DNA from: Rickettsiales bacterium
Lineage (GTDB): Bacteria; Pseudomonadota; Alphaproteobacteria; Rs-D84
Length of the DNA: 64,000 nt
Assembly: GCA_031260805.1 (NCBI GenBank)
Contig: JAISKV010000004.1
Coordinates: 4,227-68,226, forward strand
Direction: 5' to 3'
Under the pieces are notes generated by a model that searched no databases, was not told the DNA's origin, and was given only the letters and a program-made list of their open reading frames with translations. A program made the translations under genes and the position numbers. Numbering within the stretch: the first letter of the stretch is position 1; the number at the start of each line of letters is the position of its first letter. This document shows, one piece after another, positions 29,882 through 40,321 of the stretch.

Positions 29882-30562
29882 TTATCTTCGGTTCAATAGC
29901 GACAGCACATACTGGAACATTGCGATGAACGAGATGTACAAGTGCAATGCGCCCAGCACCGCCAATTGGCCTTCGGATTCGCGCGGGACCGAGTTGTATG
30001 CGTTCTTCAAGAACTGCATGTCATACGCGGTGAACAGCGCGAATACCAAGACCCCGATGATGGATACTATCATATTCGCGGTGCTGCCAAAAGGCCAGAA
30101 CATGCTGATAATTCCGGTTATAATTAAACCAATCATCCCGATGAACAAGAATACGCCCATGAACGAAAGGTCTTTGGTCGTCTTGTACCCGAACAGCGCC
30201 ATGCATCCGAACATCAATGCCGCGATGACAAAGGCCTGCAACACGGATACAGGATTGACGGCCAGCGCGAACGCAACCAGCGGCGCGATGCAGAATCCCA
30301 TCGCGGCAGAATAAATGGCCAGACATCCCGCGCCGCCCGCAGCGGACATCTTGAACGCGCGCGCCTGGGCGAACAGCGACAGTCCGAATGCCGCGAACAA
30401 AACTATGTAAAACAGCGGCGAAACACTGCCCGATTCCGTGATTATCAGCGGCAATCCCCAGCGCAGCGTCGCATATGTCGTCAGCGCGGTCAGGCCGACC
30501 GCCGCAAACATGACTGCGAAAATCCTTTTCAGATATAATTCAATTCCTGATTTTTTGGCCAT
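29882..30562 (-). CDS. BAX inhibitor-1/YccA family membrane protein
   Basis: Seven hydrophobic helices with the family-typical layout; start at MAKKSG after a ggaga RBS. Confidence 0.6.
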   Translation of the reverse strand: MAKKSGIELYLKRIFAVMFAAVGLTALTTYATLRWGLPLIITESGSVSPLFYIVLFAAFGLSLFAQARAFKMSAAGGAGCLAIYSAAMGFCIAPLVAFALAVNPVSVLQAFVIAALMFGCMALFGYKTTKDLSFMGVFLFIGMIGLIITGIISMFWPFGSTANMIVSIIGVLVFALFTAYDMQFLKNAYNSVPRESEGQLAVLGALHLYISFIAMFQYVLSLLNRR

Positions 30563-30630
30563 ATTTTTCTCCTTGTAATTGCGACAACGAATATAATACA
30601 CTTTTGACTGGAAATCAAGGAAGATAAAAG

Positions 30631-31467
30631 ATGATAATTATTCACCCAATTTCGCCGATTGCGATTGATTTGTTCGGGCTGCCGATACGCTGGTACGCGA
30701 TTGCCTATATCCTTGGGTTTGTGCTGGGGTTCTGGCTGTTAAAGAAGATGACAAAATGGTCAAAAAAAGAATACGACGACCTGATGACGGCGATAATCCT
30801 GGGCGTGATTCTGGGCGGCCGGCTGGGATATTGCCTGATATATAACTTTTCGTATTACATCGCGCACCCGCTGGAAATACTTGCAATATGGCAAGGCGGG
30901 ATGAGTTTTCATGGAGGACTTATCGGGGTGATTGCCTCCGTTTTTTGCTTTGCCCGTCGCTCTGTCATCACCCAGGCGAAGGCCGGGGTCCATAGTGGAT
31001 TCCGGGTCGCGCTATCAATCCTTGATGCGTTAGCGGTTGTCGCGCCAATCGGCCTGTTTTTCGGGCGCGTCGCCAATTTTATAAATATGGAAGTCATGGG
31101 TCGCGAAACCAGCGGGCCGCTGGGAATTGTGTTCAGCGGCAGCGGCCAGCCGCCACGGTACCCCAGCCCGTTGTTCGAGGCCGCAACCGAAGGCCTGCTG
31201 CTGTTTTTGATAATGCTGGGCCTGTGGCGATGGACGAAATTGCGAGAGCGGGCAGGGGCGCTGTCAGGAGTGTTTGCAATTTTGTATGCGGTTTTCAGGA
31301 TATTCTGCGAACAATTCCGCGAACCGGATGCCCAGATTGGATTTTTGACAAATTGGGGCCTTACCATGGGGCAGTTGTTAAGCGGCCTGATGCTGGCAGT
31401 TGGAATAGTGATAATGTTATTTGCAAAATGTGCCACCAGCCCAAGAAAATCTGAAAAGATAAATTAG
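30631..31467 (+). CDS. lgt: Prolipoprotein diacylglyceryl transferase
   Basis: N-terminal pattern and GGMSFHGGLIGV signature-like segment. Confidence 0.75.
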   Translation: MIIIHPISPIAIDLFGLPIRWYAIAYILGFVLGFWLLKKMTKWSKKEYDDLMTAIILGVILGGRLGYCLIYNFSYYIAHPLEILAIWQGGMSFHGGLIGVIASVFCFARRSVITQAKAGVHSGFRVALSILDALAVVAPIGLFFGRVANFINMEVMGRETSGPLGIVFSGSGQPPRYPSPLFEAATEGLLLFLIMLGLWRWTKLRERAGALSGVFAILYAVFRIFCEQFREPDAQIGFLTNWGLTMGQLLSGLMLAVGIVIMLFAKCATSPRKSEKIN

Positions 31468-31544
31468 TTTTCAGAGTGCAGAGTTCAGAGTTCAGTAATT
31501 TGCCCCGACTCAAGATTCACCAACCGGGCAAAGCCCACACCCCG

Positions 31545-31652
31545 TCGTCATCCCCGCGCACTGAACCACACCCCGTCGTCATCCCCGCGCACTGAACCAC
31601 ACCCCGTCGTCATTCCCGTGCACTGAACCACACCCCGTCGTCATTCCCGCGC
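31545..31652. repeat. Tandem repeat, about 27 bp x 4 (caccccgtcgtcatccccgcgcactgaac), ending in an RPE-like palindrome
   Basis: Counted directly; no spacers, so not CRISPR. Confidence 0.85.
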
Positions 31653-31814
31653 AGGCGGGAATCCACTGTTAGCAATAAAATAAGTTAAGTATTGTTAACA
31701 AATGAATAAATTTTGAGATTGTTAACAATGGATTCCGGCCTTCGCCGGAATGACGCCTGCGCGGGGATGACGACGGGATGGCAATCTTGGGTGGGTGATT
31801 GTTTATAAAAATAT

Positions 31815-31899
31815 TGGTGCGGATAAGAAGACTCGAACTTCCAAGGGTTGCCCCACTAGTACCTGAAACTAGCGCGTCTACCAATTTCGCCATATCCGC
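31815..31899 (-). tRNA. tRNA-Leu (anticodon CAG)
   Basis: Hand-folded; long variable arm; loop TTCAGGT; CCA encoded. Confidence 0.8.
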
Positions 31900-32046
31900 A
31901 TAGAACGGCTGTAATTATAAATAAAAATTTAATAATTGCAAATGTTTATTTTTGCGCGTTTCACGCGCTAGTTTGTTCGCTTCGCTCATCATTCGTTCCC
32001 GCTCACTTCGTTCGCTGCGCTCGCCCATGGCTCGCTGACTCATACG

Positions 32047-32097
32047 CAGGTACTAGTGGGGCAACCCTTGGAAGTTCGAGTCTTCTTATCCGCACCA
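32047..32097 (+). pseudogene. Inverted partial copy (3' 51 nt) of the adjacent tRNA-Leu
   Basis: Identical to the 3' 51 nt of the tRNA at 31815-31865 but on the opposite strand. Confidence 0.8.
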
Positions 32098-32356
32098 GAA
32101 TTAGATAAAAATTAAAAGATAATAGATAAAAATTTCCGACTATCGTTCCGGCCTTTGCTGGAATAACAAAATATATACCACTACCCCGTCGCGCTGCGCG
32201 CGCCACCCCTTCGCCAGCGAAGGGGATTTATCCTTACTTCGTTTCAAGTGCAGGCCATCAAATTCCCCTTCGCTGGCGAAGGGGTGGCGCGCGCAGCGTG
32301 ACGGGGTAGTGGTATATAAAAAAACGCGCCGTACGGCGCGTTTTTTCGTTATTTAT

Positions 32357-32432
32357 TGGTGGAGTTGATGGGGCTCAAACCCACGACCTCTGCATTGCGA
32401 ACGCAGCGCTCTATCAACTGAGCTACAACCCC
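32357..32432 (-). tRNA. tRNA-Ala (anticodon CGC)
   Basis: Hand-folded; G3:U70; loop TTCGCAA; CCA encoded. Confidence 0.75.
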
Positions 32433-32692
32433 GACGGGTATGGATTATAAACAAATTCCCCGCGAATGCAAGTGAAAAAAGACGGCGCATCGCGCCGTTT
32501 TTTTGAGACATGTGAAATGAGATATGAAACATGAACCACTACCCCGTCCGCCTGCGGCGTCAATTTATGGGAGGAAAACTGGCCACTCTCACACCTTAAA
32601 CCTCACACCTAAAACCTTAAACCTAAAAAAACGGGCAACGCCCGTTTTTTTGTTTAGATTAATATCTACAAAAATGATATAATACCTACACA

Positions 32693-35263
32693 ATGATAAA
32701 AATTGCACGATTTTTGGCGTTTGCTTTGTCTGTATTTTATGGCGTTGGTGCGGTTGCCGATACGACATTGTCGGGCAGCGGCACCGGCAGCGCAAATATC
32801 AGCGAATCAGGAAATGTTTATTTGCAAGATTACACCCTTAACGCGGACAGCATCAGCGCGGGCATAAACATTGAATCTGTATCCGGGAAAAAGTTCGTTG
32901 TAAATCCAGATTTTGTCAATAATCCGGAAATGACCGCAACAAATGCCGTCATTATCGCCGATGGAATTTTTATGGGGAATGCCGGCGTCGGATCTGAATC
33001 AATTCATATAAATTCCGGTGCGGCCGGCAATATCTTTACCATAACGGGCGACACTATTGAAATAGACGGATTTGTTAATGCCGCGTTGGGGACGCTGGTT
33101 CTGAATGGACTGAACGGCATTAATATTGCCGGTGATATCCTGGGGAATGTCAATGGATACGCGTCTGATATAATTATTGGCGGTGGCGTTGACGGGGATA
33201 TAGATTTTAACCTGACCGGCGGAATGGAACTGGGCGGCGCGTCGCTGGCGCCGGGTTCGGTTGGCTCTTTTGCAGACTGGCGGGATAAATTTATATCTGG
33301 CGGCGGCGATGATGATTTGCGCGGCGGCGGCGCGATTGATGCGGTCGGCGATATTGTTATTGACAATAATATTGACGGGGACTTTGATATTTTCACCCTG
33401 GGGGATTTGTGGGTCGGCGGCAATCTGAACAACTTTTTTGATATAAATGCGGACAATGTTTATATTATCGGCGATGTAAACGGCGACGGTGTTATAAATG
33501 CCGATGATGATATTTACATTGGCGGAAATCTGGGCGGCAATGTGGATATGAACGCCGATGACATTTATGTCGGCGGCGATATCGTCGCAGGCGCGAAAAT
33601 TCGTCCAAATCTGCCGAATGGGCCTGGTTCTGATGCTTTGGGAAATTTTCATATGAGCCCCAGCGGCAATCCGGCGGATCCGTTCAAGACGCTGAATCTG
33701 CATATTGACGGGACTTATTATTTTGGAAACGATTCGTATCTGCAATTGGTCTTGAATCAAGATGTAGCGGATGCGGATGGGAACAGCGCGTATAATCCGG
33801 ATACTGATCGGGCTCTGCTGGAAGTAAGGAATTTTGTATCCCAAGTCAGTGTCAGTCCGAATTTTGTAGACATGAATACGACGCCGAATTTGGAAATCTT
33901 GGTTGACGGTCTGGGCCAGCAAAAGAAAATCTGGGTTATTCATGCGGATAACGCGATTGCAGGACTCGGCGACCTGGATGTTGCCGGCGTATGGTTTTAT
34001 GATGCCGCCCGTACCGAGCGGTTGTTCCAGGAAGCGGCCTTGATTTTAGAGAACGGCGATCATGATATCATGGCGATACTGGCGACAATGCGTCGGATGA
34101 AGGTTCTGGCGCTGAATGCGGCCGCCCATACCGGAAACGATGTCGCGATGGCGTCCGCAATGGATGACTTGATTGAATTGCGGTTGCGCGCTTACAATGG
34201 GTCTTCGGATATAGAGGATAATTTGACGAATATCATGGGATCGCTGTTCGGCAAAAGCGATGTGTATTACAAAATGATGGTTGCCGGCGGGTATCATGAT
34301 GACGCGGTTGATGTCATGGTGGCGAATATCGCAGGCAATGAAACGCCGGCCAGTTATGCGCGCGCGTTAAAGTATATCCGCGGATTCGGATTGGATTCAT
34401 CGGTTGGCTTGATAAAAAATATGGCTGTCGTTGCAACGCAGATGCGCGGCGCGGCGGTTGCGCAGTTGTTTAACGAATATACTTGGAACCGCTGGCGAGA
34501 TCCGCGCGGATTGTGGCTGAATTTTAATTCGTCCGGATTGGGCGATGACGATTATCTGTCGCTGAACGGCGGATTTGATTGGCAGTTCAACAAGAAGATA
34601 CTGGCCGGAATTAATTTCGGATACGCCGCCGGCGATGTATCAGAAATATTTGATTTCGGATTGTACGGAACATATCGGGTTAACAGCAAGATCAGGGCGT
34701 ACGCCAGTCTGAATCTGCTGTTTAATTCAGGAAAACTTGCCAGCGAAAATAAACTGATGGGCGAATTAAAGTCCGATTTCGGCGGCACCGATGTGTTCGT
34801 TGATGCTGGTATCATACATAATATTTTCAGCCCGTATATCAATGGGCGCGCTTCATTGGTCATCGGGAACCGCGGGGCGTTGGATTTGTCAAATCATATT
34901 TCCGACGGCCGCAACTTTATGGATATAAAATCGGACGGGGCGTTTGTGTTCGCGCCTGGATATGAAATAATGGTCGGCCGCGATGTGTGGCTGAATGTCA
35001 ATTCTTACATTCGTCCGATGGCAAAGTTTGGATTGGAATACAATCTGGCGGCGGGCGACGAACACTTGCGGTTCAAGTTCAGCGACGCGGGCAAATGGTA
35101 TAATTGGAATTACAGTTCGGATCCGCTGTGGGTGAAATACTCAATCGGAATTGATTACGCGCATTACGCACTGCGCACGACATTCAACTTGTCATACGAA
35201 GTTATCAAGAACGACAATATGAAAATGAACAACATAAAATTCGGCGGCACGGCACGATTTTAA
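32693..35263 (+). CDS. Autotransporter-like outer membrane protein (beta-helical Gly/Asp/Asn repeat passenger, C-terminal beta-barrel)
   Basis: Signal peptide; GD..I.GN repeat passenger; C-terminal alternating beta strands ending in F. Confidence 0.5.
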   Translation: MIKIARFLAFALSVFYGVGAVADTTLSGSGTGSANISESGNVYLQDYTLNADSISAGINIESVSGKKFVVNPDFVNNPEMTATNAVIIADGIFMGNAGVGSESIHINSGAAGNIFTITGDTIEIDGFVNAALGTLVLNGLNGINIAGDILGNVNGYASDIIIGGGVDGDIDFNLTGGMELGGASLAPGSVGSFADWRDKFISGGGDDDLRGGGAIDAVGDIVIDNNIDGDFDIFTLGDLWVGGNLNNFFDINADNVYIIGDVNGDGVINADDDIYIGGNLGGNVDMNADDIYVGGDIVAGAKIRPNLPNGPGSDALGNFHMSPSGNPADPFKTLNLHIDGTYYFGNDSYLQLVLNQDVADADGNSAYNPDTDRALLEVRNFVSQVSVSPNFVDMNTTPNLEILVDGLGQQKKIWVIHADNAIAGLGDLDVAGVWFYDAARTERLFQEAALILENGDHDIMAILATMRRMKVLALNAAAHTGNDVAMASAMDDLIELRLRAYNGSSDIEDNLTNIMGSLFGKSDVYYKMMVAGGYHDDAVDVMVANIAGNETPASYARALKYIRGFGLDSSVGLIKNMAVVATQMRGAAVAQLFNEYTWNRWRDPRGLWLNFNSSGLGDDDYLSLNGGFDWQFNKKILAGINFGYAAGDVSEIFDFGLYGTYRVNSKIRAYASLNLLFNSGKLASENKLMGELKSDFGGTDVFVDAGIIHNIFSPYINGRASLVIGNRGALDLSNHISDGRNFMDIKSDGAFVFAPGYEIMVGRDVWLNVNSYIRPMAKFGLEYNLAAGDEHLRFKFSDAGKWYNWNYSSDPLWVKYSIGIDYAHYALRTTFNLSYEVIKNDNMKMNNIKFGGTARF

Positions 35264-35288
35264 TAGAGATTAAAAGATAAAAGATTTA

Positions 35289-35699
35289 ATGAAGAAAATA
35301 ATATTATTTTCACTTTTCGCTTTTTCCGTTTCACTTTGCGGCTTTGCCGCGGTGGATCCGACGCTGTTGTGCGACGGGTCGCCGAAATGGGATAAATATC
35401 TGGTGAATGAACAGGATGTGAACTTTGCGATAAATGCAACCGGCTGCGGGAACGATTATAAACCGGACAGCGTGTACTCGCAGATACGCGTGCAGTCCGG
35501 CCGGGATGAAACCGTGGCCGGATATGGAACTGGCGCCGGTGGCAATGGTTATGGAAAACAAACACCGGCTGGATACGGCGGATACGGCGGATACGGCGGG
35601 GGATACGGAATCGACGGAATGTACGATAAATACCGTATGGATCCGTCAAAGCCAATGTACGGCCGCCCCGAAGAAGTCGGGATAGTCGTAAAGAAATAA
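35289..35699 (+). CDS. Secreted Gly/Tyr-rich protein
   Basis: Signal peptide MKKIILFSLFAFSVSLCGFAA shared with the OMP family; GYGGYGGYGGGYG tract. Confidence 0.5.
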   Translation: MKKIILFSLFAFSVSLCGFAAVDPTLLCDGSPKWDKYLVNEQDVNFAINATGCGNDYKPDSVYSQIRVQSGRDETVAGYGTGAGGNGYGKQTPAGYGGYGGYGGGYGIDGMYDKYRMDPSKPMYGRPEEVGIVVKK

Positions 35700-35952
35700 A
35701 AAACGCGGCATCGCCGCGTTTTTTTGAGACATGTGAAATGAGATATGAAACATGAACCACTACCCCGTCCGGCTGCGCAGTCCACCCCTTCGCTTAGCGA
35801 AGGGGAGTTGTCCGAACTTCGTTTTAATGTGCAGGCCAACGAATTCCCCTTCGCTGGCGAAGGGGTGGACGCCGCAGGCGGACGGGGTAGTGGTAAAAGA
35901 AGTGAAAAAACATTTGTAAAATTTGGAATGATGATATAATATTGCCGTAAAT

Positions 35953-36029
35953 CGGGGCGTAGTTCAGTCTGGTAGAATGCTTGCATGGGGTGCAAGTGGT
36001 CGTCCGTTCAAATCGGGTCGCCCCGACCA
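35953..36029 (+). tRNA. tRNA-Pro (anticodon GGG)
   Basis: Hand-folded; loop ATGGGGT; CCA encoded. Confidence 0.7.
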
Positions 36030-36172
36030 TCCTTTGCGTTGCCGCACCACATAAAATGTAATTGATTTTTGCATCAATTTATGATACAATTCCAAGCAAG
36101 AAAAGCGGTTTTGCCGCTATTTATTTTGCCCCTTAAAGGGGCTTTTTTATTTACAACAAGAAAGGAAAAATT

Positions 36173-36751
36173 ATGGAACCTATTTATGTGTCGGCTTTCC
36201 CTGGTATTGGGACTAACAGAATGTATGTTGGATCAAACGGAAATATTTATGAAGCCAGTGGCGGAGACCGCGCTTGGCGCAACAATAATCCTGGTAATAT
36301 AGAAGACGGAAAGTTTGCAAGAAACAATGGAGCAATAGGATCTGATGGCAGATTTGCTATATTTCCAGATAGAAATACTGGCTGGAATGCAATGGTAGGG
36401 CTGCTGTCAACGGACGCATACCAAAATCTAACCATTGAAGGTGCAATAAATCGTTATGCTTCACCCAATGAAAACAATGTTAACGACTATCTGAAATCTA
36501 TTGAAAATCAGACTGGTTTCCCACGCATTACCCCTATGAACAATTTATCCAAAGATAATTTATTGAATCTTGCGAAAGCGATGAAAGCGCATGAAGGTAA
36601 TAAGCCTGGCAAGAAACGGCTTGTGCCTAGAAATGAAACATATATCTGGATTACACAAGGTGATGATAAAGTTCGTCCTGAACATGAAGGACTGGACGGG
36701 GAAGAAAGAAGTTGGTATGATAGTCCGCATCTGGGTGAAGAATATGGGTGA
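36173..36751 (+). CDS. Hypothetical protein with C-terminal phage Mu F-like motif (VRPEHEGLDGE)
   Basis: The RPxH..LDG motif resembles the head morphogenesis (SPP1 gp7 / Mu F) family; low-GC context next to tRNA-Pro. Confidence 0.4.
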   Translation: MEPIYVSAFPGIGTNRMYVGSNGNIYEASGGDRAWRNNNPGNIEDGKFARNNGAIGSDGRFAIFPDRNTGWNAMVGLLSTDAYQNLTIEGAINRYASPNENNVNDYLKSIENQTGFPRITPMNNLSKDNLLNLAKAMKAHEGNKPGKKRLVPRNETYIWITQGDDKVRPEHEGLDGEERSWYDSPHLGEEYG

Positions 36752-37280
36752 AGATGCAGTGCAAAATCGGCTTATTAAATATTTTTCAGTTTTACTGTTT
36801 TGTGCATCTTGCGCAAGCAAACCGGTATATATTAATCATGATAATATGGATTATGGATTGCCGAAAGTGCCAGATGAAAAGGAAATTTTTAATATAGAAA
36901 CCGAAAATTGGGATATTTATGGCATTTCAAGCATAGAGACATTTTATATAGATGTAAATAATGATGGCAAAAAAGATAAAATTATCCGCGGGCGTTTCTC
37001 TAACATAAGCGCTCATGGATATGATTTTTATGAAATATACTCTGACAACGGCACAGAAATAGCGAAATTCAGAACTGTTGAGGGTGCGGATTGTTTTCTA
37101 GAAGCCTATAAATTTCAATTTAATCCATTCTTGTTGATAAAAGCATCTCGTCCTTGGCATAAGACTTGGGCCACACCGATGCCTGCAAAAATAGAACGAT
37201 ATCAAATTATTGACGATAAATTGGAAAAAATATCTGAAACTGTCGGCGGAATAATTTGTGATGTCAGAGAATTGCTATAA
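36744..37280 (+). CDS. Lipoprotein
   Basis: LLFCASCAS lipobox; overlaps the upstream gene by 8 nt. Confidence 0.45.
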   Translation: MGEDAVQNRLIKYFSVLLFCASCASKPVYINHDNMDYGLPKVPDEKEIFNIETENWDIYGISSIETFYIDVNNDGKKDKIIRGRFSNISAHGYDFYEIYSDNGTEIAKFRTVEGADCFLEAYKFQFNPFLLIKASRPWHKTWATPMPAKIERYQIIDDKLEKISETVGGIICDVRELL

Positions 37281-37359
37281 TGTATAAAATCCCGACCATA
37301 ATAATTCACATATAAAATAACTGTTGAATCTGGCGGATTTATTTTTTAATATTCAACGC

Positions 37360-38364
37360 ATGGGGATTGTATGGAAATTTTTTCATAATGCCAGATTTCG
37401 CAATATGGCTGTTTGGGTTGCGGCGCCCATAATTTTTAGTATTAATTTTGCATGTGCAGATATTGCCGGCACAGGATATGTTCATGACTTGGCGCAGAGT
37501 TATACCGGGACGCCAATCCCTGTTGTGCCGGCCGGGATTGCCAGCACAAAATACGCGATGGAGTTTGCAGAATCTTACGGCGGCCGCAGCGCGTGTTATT
37601 CAGCCAAGATGTCAAACAATATATTGACTGCAAGAATCGCATCGGTTGATTTCGCAAACAGCGCGTTTCGGCGAAATATCGCGGATTACTGCTATATTGA
37701 TTCAGATAGTCTGATTATGGATATCCGGGCAAATAATGACGGGCGTGAATTGCTGGATATCAGCGGGTATTATAATGACATCACAATGTACAATGGCGCG
37801 GCGGTTGATGTATCTGAAAATGCGGTGAAAATAGACACGCCCGGATACGGGCGCACATCGCGATACATTGACTTGTCCCAGTATTCCAGCATCACGGTAG
37901 AAGTCCGATTCCTGGCGCTGGACCCGACAAAAAGCGGCGACATATTTGAGTCCAGTATAAATTGGAACAATCAATCCGGCGGATTCGGATGCTATTACAA
38001 TCTGAACAGTTCCGTGTATCGGGCGGATATGGTGCACTGCAATCATAACGGAACTGATGTGCTGAACATAACGGTCCCGATAAATACCGGCTCGTCGCAT
38101 ACGATAACCAAGGTTTTATCCAGCAGCGCGGCGACGAATAATCATAAATTGTATTGGGATGGATTATTGATAAATCAGGCGACATCAAACAGACCGCTGC
38201 GGAATGACTATATGTTCTTTGGCTGCCGCGCCGGCGAATCATGCACGCCATTTCTTAATTATTATTCTATAAGAATATACAAGCGCGAGTTAACCGCGGT
38301 GGAAATTTGCGATAACGCCTGGGCGGACTATAACGCATTCGGCGGCGCGGTGCCGAATTGCTAG
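37360..38364 (+). CDS. Secreted hypothetical protein (beta-rich, lectin/jelly-roll-like composition)
   Basis: Signal peptide AVWVAAPIIFSINFACA; no recognisable catalytic motif. Confidence 0.45.
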   Translation: MGIVWKFFHNARFRNMAVWVAAPIIFSINFACADIAGTGYVHDLAQSYTGTPIPVVPAGIASTKYAMEFAESYGGRSACYSAKMSNNILTARIASVDFANSAFRRNIADYCYIDSDSLIMDIRANNDGRELLDISGYYNDITMYNGAAVDVSENAVKIDTPGYGRTSRYIDLSQYSSITVEVRFLALDPTKSGDIFESSINWNNQSGGFGCYYNLNSSVYRADMVHCNHNGTDVLNITVPINTGSSHTITKVLSSSAATNNHKLYWDGLLINQATSNRPLRNDYMFFGCRAGESCTPFLNYYSIRIYKRELTAVEICDNAWADYNAFGGAVPNC

Positions 38365-38588
38365 GCTTTTTTGTTAACTTGCTCGCACATTCTATTGTGT
38401 TTGTAGATATTGCGCGCCAAATCGTCGCTGATAATGTCCCAGTCTGAATCGCGCCCGTAAATCGGATCGCATGTCTGCTTGACCGCGGCGCGCGCGGCCG
38501 GCGCGGATACGGTCTCAGGCCCGGATGGTGTACTTTGCGCGCAGGCGGTCGCGAATATCACGGACGCCAGTATTATAAGTTTCTGCAT
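38361..38588 (-). CDS. Small lipoprotein
   Basis: ILASVIFATACAQ lipobox. Confidence 0.35.
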   Translation of the reverse strand: MQKLIILASVIFATACAQSTPSGPETVSAPAARAAVKQTCDPIYGRDSDWDIISDDLARNIYKHNRMCEQVNKKA

Positions 38589-38954
38589 TTATTGCCCCTT
38601 TGGTATCTATAATTTCTTCGGTTATCGCGATTTGTGTCGCGCCGCTGCTGGCGGCGTTCGCGGCCAGGCATTTGACTTCGCCCACCCGTCCGCCGGACCA
38701 GTAAGCCGCGGCGACCACGGCGGCGACGCCGATCGCCATAAATAAGTAAATTGTCTTCATGATTTTTTTCTTTTTCTGCATGCCGTCATTTTATCATGCC
38801 GGCAATATGATTTTAATAGGAATGATTGCCCAAAAGATTAAAGCCAGGGGTGAATCTTTTGGGGGCAGTTATTAATTATTAGTTGTTAGTTATTATACTT
38901 TTGTTTGTTGTGGCCAGTTTCCCTCCAAGGGAGGGGAACTGCGCGCCGTTTTTT

Positions 38955-40223
38955 TCACCCGTTCATTGAATTGAAAAAGTCCGTGTTGGTTTTTGTATTC
39001 CGCATTTTATCCAGCAAGAACTCCATCGCTTCCAGTGTCCCCATCGGATTGATAATACGGCGCAGGACCCACATTTTCGCCAGCGTTTCCTTGGACACCA
39101 GCAAGTCTTCCTTGCGCGTGCCGGACCGTGTTATATCAATCGCCGGGTACACGCGTTTGTCGGCCAGTTTGCGGTCCAGAATGATTTCACTGTTGCCGGT
39201 CCCCTTGAATTCCTCAAATATTATTTCATCCATCTTGGATCCGGTTTCAACCAGCGCGGTTGCGATGATGGTCAGGCTGCCCCCGTCTTCAATATTCCGC
39301 GCCGCGCCAAAAAATCTTTTCGGCCGTTGCAAAGCCTGGGCGTCCACGCCGCCGGTCAAGACCTTGCCCGATGACGGCATAACTGTATTGTACGCGCGCG
39401 CCAGGCGGGTTATGGAATCCAGCAGAATGACGACATTTTCGCCGCCTTCAACCAATCGCTTGGCCTTTTCAATAACCATTTCCGCGACCTGGATATGCCG
39501 CGCGGCCGGTTCATCAAATGTAGACGAGATTACTTCGCCCTTGACGCTGCGCTTCATATCCGTAACTTCTTCGGGCCGTTCGTCAATCAGCAGCACGATT
39601 AATTTTATTTCAGGATAATTTGATGAAATTGAGTTTGCAATGTTTTGCAGCATGACCGTTTTTCCGGTGCGCGGCGGCGCGACGATTAACGATCGCTGGC
39701 CCTTGCCGGTCGGCGATATCAGGTCAATGACGCGCGCGGACAGCGAACGGCCGCGATCTTTTTCCGTTTCAACTTCCATTTTTAACATTTCGTCGGGGTA
39801 CAGCGGCGTCATGTCGTCAAACGAGACGCGGTGGCGCAGTTTTTCCGGCACATTGCCATTGACGCGCTCTATCGTTTCCAATGCAAAGTACCGCTCTGAT
39901 TCGTTCTGCGGGGCCTGGATTCGGCCTTCTACATAATCGCCGGTTTTCAGACCGAACTTCTTTATCAGATTCGGCGCGACATACAGATCGTCCGGCCCGG
40001 CCAGATAATTCGCTTCCGCGCTGCGCAGAAAGCCAAAGCCGTCCTGCATTTTTTCCAATACCCCGTCGCCGACCAGAGTGGTCTTTTTATCCGCGGCAAT
40101 GATGGACAGCACGGCAAAGCGCAACTGTTGAACATTCAACTGCGACGCATTGTCCAGACCCATGTCTTCCGCCATTTTCAGCAATTGCTGCGGCGATTTC
40201 GCCTTTAATTCATTTACATGCAT
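38955..40223 (-). CDS. rho: Transcription termination factor Rho
   Basis: N-terminus [15 protein letters not shown]; P-loop APPRTGKT; start trimmed from the longer ORF. Confidence 0.9.
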   Translation of the reverse strand: MHVNELKAKSPQQLLKMAEDMGLDNASQLNVQQLRFAVLSIIAADKKTTLVGDGVLEKMQDGFGFLRSAEANYLAGPDDLYVAPNLIKKFGLKTGDYVEGRIQAPQNESERYFALETIERVNGNVPEKLRHRVSFDDMTPLYPDEMLKMEVETEKDRGRSLSARVIDLISPTGKGQRSLIVAPPRTGKTVMLQNIANSISSNYPEIKLIVLLIDERPEEVTDMKRSVKGEVISSTFDEPAARHIQVAEMVIEKAKRLVEGGENVVILLDSITRLARAYNTVMPSSGKVLTGGVDAQALQRPKRFFGAARNIEDGGSLTIIATALVETGSKMDEIIFEEFKGTGNSEIILDRKLADKRVYPAIDITRSGTRKEDLLVSKETLAKMWVLRRIINPMGTLEAMEFLLDKMRNTKTNTDFFNSMNG

Positions 40224-40321
40224 AAAAATTTCCTTTGGAAAGTTCAACGGGCGATTGCCCGAGACCTTCATCATACCGCATTTTTTGTTAAAAGTCAAGT
40301 TTTCTGATATAATGGCGTATC

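Noticed and set aside
31545-31652. Possible CRISPR array
   Set aside because: Direct tandem repeats with no unique spacers and no cas genes nearby
31560-31665. Resemblance of cgtcattcccgcgcaggcgggaatc to Neisseria dRS3-type repeats
   Set aside because: The gene content and the other repeat families do not look neisserial (no DUS-like motifs seen); more likely a convergent ATTCCC-N8-GGGAAT palindrome of the local RPE-like family
32003-32206. 67 aa ORF spanning the inverted tRNA-Leu fragment
   Set aside because: It reads through tRNA-derived sequence and a family A repeat; no coding signal
38515-38781. 88 aa minus-strand ORF overlapping the small lipoprotein gene
   Set aside because: It overlaps 38361-38588 by 74 nt in another frame, and the hydrophobic N-terminus could be chance. 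It is left uncalled, though a small membrane protein cannot be excluded
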